64,000 bases of DNA from Eledone cirrhosa (Eukaryota), in assembly GCA_964016885.1 (NCBI GenBank), contig OZ024743.1, positions 233,554,001-233,618,000 of the forward strand, in the 5' to 3' direction. A program made the translations under genes and the position numbers. Numbering within the stretch: the first letter of the stretch is position 1; each line of letters begins with the position of its first letter. Of the stretch, positions 54,301 to 64,000 are shown piece after piece. The notes below the pieces were generated by a model that worked only from the letters and a program-made list of their open reading frames with translations, was not told the origin of the DNA and searched no databases.

Positions 54301-57271
54301 AGGAGATATCTTGCTGAAATTCACGCCACACATAGCCAATGAGTGTCTGCACAGGTACCAGTAATTACAGATCGATCCGACCACGGGCGGCCGGCCCGCG
54401 ATTGAAAAGGTAACTCCGCCGGCAAATCGTCATTTTTGGATTCGTTTTCTTCGAAGCACACCATTCGCCGGCGGACTTTGTTGACGTTTAACACGGTTTG
54501 GTTCCACAGCCACAACTATTGATTTTACGGAGATATCTTGCTGAAATTCACGCCACACATAGCCAATGAGTGTCTGCACATGTACCAGTAATTACAGATC
54601 GATCCGACCACGGGCGGTCGGTTTGCGATTGAAAAGGTAACTCCGCCGGCAAATCGTCATTTTTGGATTCGTTTTCTTCGAAGCACACCATTCGCCGGCT
54701 GACTTTGTTGACGTTTAACACGGTTTGGTTCCACAGCCACAACTATTGATTTTACGGAGATATCTTGCTGAAATTCACGCCACACATAGCCAATGAGTGT
54801 CTGCACATGTATCAGTAATTACAGATCGATCCGACCACGGGCGGCCGGCCCGCGATTGAAAAGGTAACTCCGCCGGCAAATCGTCATTTTTGGATTCGTT
54901 TTCTTCGAAGCACACCATTCGCCGGCGGACTTTGTTGACGTTTAACACGGTTTGGTTCCACAGCCACAACTATTGATTTTACGGAGATATCTTGCTGAAA
55001 TTCACGCCACACATAGCCAATGAGTGTCTGCACATGTACCAGTAATTACAGATCGATCCGACCACGGGCGGTCGGTTTGCGATTGAAAAGGTAACTCCGC
55101 CGGCAAATCGTCATTTTTGGATTCGTTTTCTTCGAAGCACACCATTCGCCAGCTGACTTTGTTGACGTTTAACACGGTTTGGTTCCACAGCCACAACTAT
55201 TGATTTTAAGGAGATATCTTGCTGAAATTCACGCCACACATAGCCAATGAGTGTCTGCACAGGTACCAGTAATTACAGATCGATCCGACCACGGGCGGCC
55301 GGTTTGCGATTGAAAAGGTAACTCCGCCGGCAAATCGTCATTTTTGGATTCGTTTTCTTCGAAGCACACCATTCGCCGGCTGACTTTGTTGACGTTTAAC
55401 ACGGTTTGGTTCCACAGCCACAACTATTGATTTTAAGGAGATATCTTGCTGAAATTCACGCCACACATAGCCAATGAGTGTCTGCACAGGTACCAGTAAT
55501 TACAGATCGATCCGACCACGGGCGGCCGGCCCGCGATTGAAAAGGTAACTCCGCCGGCAAATCGTCATTTTTGGATTCGTTTTCTTCGAAGCACACCATT
55601 CGCCGGCGGACTTTGTTGACGTTTAACACGGTTTGGTTCCACAGCCACAACTATTGATTTTACGGAGATATCTTGCTGAAATTCACGCCACACATAGCCA
55701 ATGAGTGTCTGCACATGTACAAGTAATTACAGATCGATCCGACCACGGGCGGCCGACCCGCGATTGAAAAGGTAACTCCGCCGGCAAATCGTCATTTTTG
55801 GATTCGTTTTCTTCGAAGCACACCATTCGCCGGCGGACTTTGTTGACGTTTAACACGGTTTGGTTCCACAGCCACAACTATTGATTTTACGGAGATATCT
55901 TGCTGAAATTCACGCCACACATAGCCAATGAGTGTCTGCACATGTACCAGTAATTACAGATCGATCCGACCACGGGCGGCCGGCCCGCGATTGAAAAGGT
56001 AACTCCGCCGGCAAATCGTCATTTTTGGATTCGTTTTCTTCGAAGCACACCATTCGCCGGCGGACTTTGTTGACGTTTAACACGGTTTGGTTCCACAGCC
56101 ACAACTATTGATTTTACGGAGATATCTTGCTGAAATTCACGCCACACATAGCCAATGAGTGTCCGCACATGTACCAGTAATTACAGATCGATCCGACCAC
56201 GGGCGGTCGGTTTGCGATTGAAAAGGTAACTCCGCCGGCAAATCGTCATTTTTGGATTCGTTTTCTTCGAAGCACACCATTCGCCGGCTGACTTTGTTGA
56301 CGTTTAACACGGTTTGGTTCCACAGCCACAACTATTGATTTTACGGAGATATCTTGCTGAAATTCACGCCACACATAGCCAATGAGTGTCTGCACATGTA
56401 CCAGTAATTACAGATCGATCCGACCACGGGCGGTCGGTTTGCGATTGAAAAGGTAACTCCGCCGGCAAATCGTCATTTTTGGATTCGTTTTCTTCGAAGC
56501 ACACCATTCGCCGGCGGACTTTGTTGACGTTTAACACGGTTTGGTTCCACAGCCACAACTATTGATTTTACGGAGATATCTTGCTGAAATTCACGCCACA
56601 CATAGCCAATGAGTGTCTGCACATGTACCAGTAATTACAGATCGATCCGACCACGGGCGGCCGGCCCGCGATTGAAAAGGTAACTCCGCCGGCAAATCGT
56701 CATTTTTGGATTCGTTTTCTTCGAAGCACACCATTCGCCGGCGGACTTTGTTGACGTTTAACACGGTTTGGTTCCACAGCCACAACTATTGATTTTACGG
56801 AGATATCTTGCTGAAATTCACGCCACACATAGCCAATGAGTGTCTGCACATGTACAAGTAATTACAGATCGATCCGACCACGGGCGGCCGACCCGCGATT
56901 GAAAAGGTAACTCCGCCGGCAAATCGTCATTTTTGGATTCGTTTTCTTCGAAGCACACCATTCGCCGGCGGACTTTGTTGACGTTTAACACGGTTTGGTT
57001 CCACAGCCACAACTATTGATTTTACGGAGATATCTTGCTGAAATTCACGCCACACATAGCCAATGAGTGTCTGCACATGTACCAGTAATTACAGATCGAT
57101 CCGACCACGGGCGGCCGGCCCGCGATTGAAAAGGTAACTCCGCCGGCAAATCGTCATTTTTGGATTCGTTTTCTTCGAAGCACACCATTCGCCGGCGGAC
57201 TTTGTTGACGTTTAACACGGTTTGGTTCCACAGCCACAACTATTGATTTTACGGAGATATCTTGCTGAAAT
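51370..57271 (-). repeat. Higher-order domain 4: tandem duplication of a second, different 13-mer (2951 bp)
   Basis: The ordered variants of 51370-54320 are repeated at 54321-57271. Confidence 0.85.
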
Positions 57272-57498
57272 TCACGCCACACATAGCCAATGAGTGTCCG
57301 CACATGTACCAGTAATTACAGATCGATCCGACCACGGGCGGTCGGTTTGCGATTGAAAAGGTAACTCCGCCGGCAAATCGTCATTTTTGGATTCGTTTTC
57401 TTCGAAGCACACCATTCGCCGGCTGACTTTGTTGACGTTTAACACGGTTTGGTTCCACAGCCACAACTATTGATTTTACGGAGATATCTTGCTGAAAT

Positions 57499-60400
57499 TC
57501 ACGCCACACATAGCCAATGAGTGTCTGCACATGTACCAGTAATTACAGATCGATCCGACCACGGGCGGTCGGTTTGCGATTGAAAAGGTAACTCCGCCGG
57601 CAAATCGTCATTTTTGGATTCGTTTTCTTCGAAGCACACCATTCGCCGGCGGACTTTGTTGACGTTTAACACGGTTTGGTTCCACAGCCACAACTATTGA
57701 TTTTACGGAGATATCTTGCTGAAATTCACGCCACACATAGCCAATGAGTGTCTGCACATGTACCAGTAATTACAGATCGATCCGACCACGGGCGGTCGGT
57801 TTGCGATTGAAAAGGTAACTCTGCCGGCAAATCGTCATTTTTGGATTCGTTTTCTTCGAAGCACACCATTCGCCAGCTGACTTTGTTGACGTTTAACACG
57901 GTTTGGTTCCACAGCCACAACTATTGATTTTAAGGAGATATCTTGCTGAAATTCACGCCACACATAGCCAATGAGTGTCTGCACAGGTACCAGTAATTAC
58001 AGATCGATCCGACCACGGGCGGCCGGTTTGCGATTGAAAAGGTAACTCCGCCGGCAAATCGTCATTTTTGGATTCGTTTTCTTCGAAGCACACCATTCGC
58101 CGGCTGACTTTGTTGACGTTTAACACGGTTTGGTTCCACAGCCACAACTATTGATTTTAAGGAGATATCTTGCTGAAATTCACGCCACACATAGCCAATG
58201 AGTGTCTGCACAGGTACCAGTAATTACAGATCGATCCGACCACGGGCGGCCGGCCCGCGATTGAAAAGGTAACTCCGCCGGCAAATCGTCATTTTTGGAT
58301 TCGTTTTCTTCGAAGCACACCATTCGCCGGCGGACTTTGTTGACGTTTAACACGGTTTGGTTCCACAGCCACAACTATTGATTTTACGGAGATATCTTGC
58401 TGAAATTCACGCCACACATAGCCAATGAGTGTCTGCACATGTACCAGTAATTACAGATCGATCCGACCACGGGCGGCCGGCCCGCGATTGAAAAGGTAAC
58501 TCCGCCGGCAAATCGTCATTTTTGGATTCGTTTTCTTCGAAGCACACCATTCGCCGGCGGACTTTGTTGACGTTTAACACGGTTTGGTTCCACAGCCACA
58601 ACTATTGATTTTACGGAGATATCTTGCTGAAATTCACGCCACACATAGCCAATGAGTGTCTGCACATGTACCAGTAATTACAGATCGATCCGACCACGGG
58701 CGGCCGGCCCGCGATTGAAAAGGTAACTCCGCCGGCAAATCGTCATTTTTGGATTCGTTTTCTTCGAAGCACACCATTCGCCGGCTGACTTTGTTGACGT
58801 TTAACACGGTTTGGTTCCACAGCCACAACTATTGATTTTACGGAGATATCTTGCTGAAATTCACGCCACACATAGCCAATGAGTGTCTGCACATGTACCA
58901 GTAATTACAGATCGATCCGACCACGGGCGGTCGGTTTGCGATTGAAAAGGTAACTCCGCCGGCAAATCGTCATTTTTGGATTCGTTTTCTTCGAAGCACA
59001 CCATTCGCCGGCGGACTTTGTTGACGTTTAACACGGTTTGGTTCCACAGCCACAACTATTGATTTTACGGAGATATCTTGCTGAAATTCACGCCACACAT
59101 AGCCAATGAGTGTCTGCACATGTACCAGTAATTACAGATCGATCCGACCACGGGCGGTCGGTTTGCGATTGAAAAGGTAACTCTGCCGGCAAATCGTCAT
59201 TTTTGGATTCGTTTTCTTCGAAGCACACCATTCGCCAGCTGACTTTGTTGACGTTTAACACGGTTTGGTTCCACAGCCACAACTATTGATTTTAAGGAGA
59301 TATCTTGCTGAAATTCACGCCACACATAGCCAATGAGTGTCTGCACAGGTACCAGTAATTACAGATCGATCCGACCACGGGCGGCCGGTTTGCGATTGAA
59401 AAGGTAACTCCGCCGGCAAATCGTCATTTTTGGATTCGTTTTCTTCGAAGCACACCATTCGCCGGCTGACTTTGTTGACGTTTAACACGGTTTGGTTCCA
59501 CAGCCACAACTATTGATTTTAAGGAGATATCTTGCTGAAATTCACGCCACACATAGCCAATGAGTGTCTGCACAGGTACCAGTAATTACAGATCGATCCG
59601 ACCACGGGCGGCCGGCCCGCGATTGAAAAGGTAACTCCGCCGGCAAATCGTCATTTTTGGATTCGTTTTCTTCGAAGCACACCATTCGCCGGCGGACTTT
59701 GTTGACGTTTAACACGGTTTGGTTCCACAGCCACAACTATTGATTTTACGGAGATATCTTGCTGAAATTCACGCCACACATAGCCAATGAGTGTCTGCAC
59801 ATGTACCAGTAATTACAGATCGATCCGACCACGGGCGGCCGGCCCGCGATTGAAAAGGTAACTCCGCCGGCAAATCGTCATTTTTGGATTCGTTTTCTTC
59901 GAAGCACACCATTCGCCGGCGGACTTTGTTGACGTTTAACACGGTTTGGTTCCACAGCCACAACTATTGATTTTACGGAGATATCTTGCTGAAATTCACG
60001 CCACACATAGCCAATGAGTGTCTGCACATGTACCAGTAATTACAGATCGATCCGACCACGGGCGGCCGGCCCGCGATTGAAAAGGTAACTCCGCCGGCAA
60101 ATCGTCATTTTTGGATTCGTTTTCTTCGAAGCACACCATTCGCCGGCGGACTTTGTTGACGTTTAACACGGTTTGGTTCCACAGCCACAACTATTGATTT
60201 TACGGAGATATCTTGCTGAAATTCACGCCACACATAGCCAATGAGTGTCCGCACATGTACCAGTAATTACAGATCGATCCGACCACGGGCGGTCGGTTTG
60301 CGATTGAAAAGGTAACTCCGCCGGCAAATCGTCATTTTTGGATTCGTTTTCTTCGAAGCACACCATTCGCCGGCTGACTTTGTTGACGTTTAACACGGTT

Positions 60401-63400
60401 TGGTTCCACAGCCACAACTATTGATTTTACGGAGATATCTTGCTGAAATTCACGCCACACATAGCCAATGAGTGTCTGCACATGTACCAGTAATTACAGA
60501 TCGATCCGACCACGGGCGGTCGGTTTGCGATTGAAAAGGTAACTCCGCCGGCAAATCGTCATTTTTGGATTCGTTTTCTTCGAAGCACACCATTCGCCGG
60601 CGGACTTTGTTGACGTTTAACACGGTTTGGTTCCACAGCCACAACTATTGATTTTACGGAGATATCTTGCTGAAATTCACGCCACACATAGCCAATGAGT
60701 GTCTGCACATGTACCAGTAATTACAGATCGATCCGACCACGGGCGGTCGGTTTGCGATTGAAAAGGTAACTCTGCCGGCAAATCGTCATTTTTGGATTCG
60801 TTTTCTTCGAAGCACACCATTCGCCAGCTGACTTTGTTGACGTTTAACACGGTTTGGTTCCACAGCCACAACTATTGATTTTAAGGAGATATCTTGCTGA
60901 AATTCACGCCACACATAGCCAATGAGTGTCTGCACAGGTACCAGTAATTACAGATCGATCCGACCACGGGCGGCCGGTTTGCGATTGAAAAGGTAACTCC
61001 GCCGGCAAATCGTCATTTTTGGATTCGTTTTCTTCGAAGCACACCATTCGCCGGCGGACTTTGTTGACGTTTAACACGGTTTGGTTCCACAGCCACAACT
61101 ATTGATTTTACGGAGATATCTTGCTGAAATTCACGCCACACATAGCCAATGAGTGTCTGCACATGTACCAGTAATTACAGATCGATCCGACCACGGGCGG
61201 TCGGTTTGCGATTGAAAAGGTAACTCTGCCGGCAAATCGTCATTTTTGGATTCGTTTTCTTCGAAGCACACCATTCGCCAGCTGACTTTGTTGACGTTTA
61301 ACACGGTTTGGTTCCACAGCCACAACTATTGATTTTAAGGAGATATCTTGCTGAAATTCACGCCACACATAGCCAATGAGTGTCTGCACAGGTACCAGTA
61401 ATTACAGATCGATCCGACCACGGGCGGCCGGTTTGCGATTGAAAAGGTAACTCCGCCGGCAAATCGTCATTTTTGGATTCGTTTTCTTCGAAGCACACCA
61501 TTCGCCGGCTGACTTTGTTGACGTTTAACACGGTTTGGTTCCACAGCCACAACTATTGATTTTAAGGAGATATCTTGCTGAAATTCACGCCACACATAGC
61601 CAATGAGTGTCTGCACAGGTACCAGTAATTACAGATCGATCCGACCACGGGCGGTCGGTTTGCGATTGAAAAGGTAACTCTGCCGGCAAATCGTCATTTT
61701 TGGATTCGTTTTCTTCGAAGCACACCATTCGCCAGCTGACTTTGTTGACGTTTAACACGGTTTGGTTCCACAGCCACAACTATTGATTTTAAGGAGATAT
61801 CTTGCTGAAATTCACGCCACACATAGCCAATGAGTGTCTGCACAGGTACCAGTAATTACAGATCGATCCGACCACGGGCGGCCGGTTTGCGATTGAAAAG
61901 GTAACTCCGCCGGCAAATCGTCATTTTTGGATTCGTTTTCTTCGAAGCACACCATTCGCCGGCTGACTTTGTTGACGTTTAACACGGTTTGGTTCCACAG
62001 CCACAACTATTGATTTTAAGGAGATATCTTGCTGAAATTCACGCCACACATAGCCAATGAGTGTCTGCACAGGTACCAGTAATTACAGATCGATCCGACC
62101 ACGGGCGGCCGGCCCGCGATTGAAAAGGTAACTCCGCCGGCAAATCGTCATTTTTGGATTCGTTTTCTTCGAAGCACACCATTCGCCGGCGGACTTTGTT
62201 GACGTTTAACACGGTTTGGTTCCACAGCCACAACTATTGATTTTACGGAGATATCTTGCTGAAATTCACGCCACACATAGCCAATGAGTGTCCGCACATG
62301 TACCAGTAATTACAGATCGATCCGACCACGGGCGGTCGGTTTGCGATTGAAAAGGTAACTCCGCCGGCAAATCGTCATTTTTGGATTCGTTTTCTTCGAA
62401 GCACACCATTCGCCGGCTGACTTTGTTGACGTTTAACACGGTTTGGTTCCACAGCCACAACTATTGATTTTACGGAGATATCTTGCTGAAATTCACGCCA
62501 CACATAGCCAATGAGTGTCTGCACATGTACCAGTAATTACAGATCGATCCGACCACGGGCGGTCGGTTTGCGATTGAAAAGGTAACTCCGCCGGCAAATC
62601 GTCATTTTTGGATTCGTTTTCTTCGAAGCACACCATTCGCCGGCGGACTTTGTTGACGTTTAACACGGTTTGGTTCCACAGCCACAACTATTGATTTTAC
62701 GGAGATATCTTGCTGAAATTCACGCCACACATAGCCAATGAGTGTCTGCACATGTACCAGTAATTACAGATCGATCCGACCACGGGCGGCCGGCCCGCGA
62801 TTGAAAAGGTAACTCCGCCGGCAAATCGTCATTTTTGGATTCGTTTTCTTCGAAGCACACCATTCGCCGGCGGACTTTGTTGACGTTTAACACGGTTTGG
62901 TTCCACAGCCACAACTATTGATTTTACGGAGATATCTTGCTGAAATTCACGCCACACATAGCCAATGAGTGTCTGCACATGTACAAGTAATTACAGATCG
63001 ATCCGACCACGGGCGGCCGACCCGCGATTGAAAAGGTAACTCCGCCGGCAAATCGTCATTTTTGGATTCGTTTTCTTCGAAGCACACCATTCGCCGGCGG
63101 ACTTTGTTGACGTTTAACACGGTTTGGTTCCACAGCCACAACTATTGATTTTACGGAGATATCTTGCTGAAATTCACGCCACACATAGCCAATGAGTGTC
63201 TGCACATGTACCAGTAATTACAGATCGATCCGACCACGGGCGGCCGGCCCGCGATTGAAAAGGTAACTCCGCCGGCAAATCGTCATTTTTGGATTCGTTT
63301 TCTTCGAAGCACACCATTCGCCGGCGGACTTTGTTGACGTTTAACACGGTTTGGTTCCACAGCCACAACTATTGATTTTACGGAGATATCTTGCTGAAAT

Positions 63401-64000
63401 TCACGCCACACATAGCCAATGAGTGTCCGCACATGTACCAGTAATTACAGATCGATCCGACCACGGGCGGTCGGTTTGCGATTGAAAAGGTAACTCCGCC
63501 GGCAAATCGTCATTTTTGGATTCGTTTTCTTCGAAGCACACCATTCGCCGGCTGACTTTGTTGACGTTTAACACGGTTTGGTTCCACAGCCACAACTATT
63601 GATTTTACGGAGATATCTTGCTGAAATTCACGCCACACATAGCCAATGAGTGTCTGCACATGTACCAGTAATTACAGATCGATCCGACCACGGGCGGTCG
63701 GTTTGCGATTGAAAAGGTAACTCCGCCGGCAAATCGTCATTTTTGGATTCGTTTTCTTCGAAGCACACCATTCGCCGGCGGACTTTGTTGACGTTTAACA
63801 CGGTTTGGTTCCACAGCCACAACTATTGATTTTACGGAGATATCTTGCTGAAATTCACGCCACACATAGCCAATGAGTGTCTGCACATGTACCAGTAATT
63901 ACAGATCGATCCGACCACGGGCGGTCGGTTTGCGATTGAAAAGGTAACTCTGCCGGCAAATCGTCATTTTTGGATTCGTTTTCTTCGAAGCACACCATTC
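57499..64000 (-). repeat. Higher-order domain 5, marked by the ACTCTGCC variant; 6-mer and dimer expansions
   Basis: ACTCTGCCGG occurs only in units at 57726, 59088, 60677, 61131, 61585 and 63855. A dimer is repeated three times over 60677-62038. Confidence 0.75.

Larger units (their letters stand above)
8347..64000 (-). repeat. 227-bp satellite DNA array, block B (~245 monomers, reverse orientation; runs off window end)
   Basis: This is the reverse complement of the block A monomer, with 227-bp periodicity throughout except ten units with 1-3 bp indels. Confidence 0.99.

Noticed and set aside
134-63822. Tandem array of ~275 genes encoding a 64-aa peptide (MWLWNQTVLNV...)
   Set aside because: It has a TTG start with no RBS or Kozak context and only 32 bp between ORFs. 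There is no recognisable domain, and recurrent variants are largely non-synonymous. A 195-bp stop-free frame in one of six frames of a 49% GC unit is unremarkable and is simply copied with the repeat.
1-64000. CRISPR array or other repeat-spacer system
   Set aside because: There are no unique spacers because the entire 227 bp is repeated. No cas or any other gene is present.
20953-64000. Variant order as an information-bearing code or diversity-generating system
   Set aside because: The order is explained by nested tandem duplication and chimeric junctions. No associated enzyme, template or targeted hypervariable site is present.
1-64000. Synthetic concatemer or rolling-circle sequencing artefact (many restriction-site palindromes)
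   Set aside because: Shared, hierarchically nested variant haplotypes and domain-specific markers indicate natural evolutionary history, not random read error or a cloned polylinker.

Overview
The whole window is one satellite DNA. A 227-bp monomer (about 49% GC, 19 CpG per unit by hand count) is repeated about 281 times with no unique sequence, gene, RNA gene, transposon or CRISPR array. About 36 copies lie on + (1-8146). An exact 200-N scaffold gap follows (8147-8346), then about 245 copies in the opposite orientation (8347-64000). The 64-aa ORF in every unit is a by-product of the repeat, not a supported gene. The informative signal is in the variants. The left block has its own variant set. 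The right block begins with about 55 near-identical monomers and then passes through successive domains of irregular higher-order repeats (2-, 4-, 5-, 7-, 8- and 13-mers), with chimeric monomers marking exchange points. The monomer is rich in dyad symmetry and carries a CENP-B-box-like 17-mer between a pair of inverted arms, plus an NF-Y-type CCAAT box. This fits a eukaryotic (peri)centromeric-type satellite, but function and organism cannot be established from the sequence. I found no evidence for a new protein-coding system.
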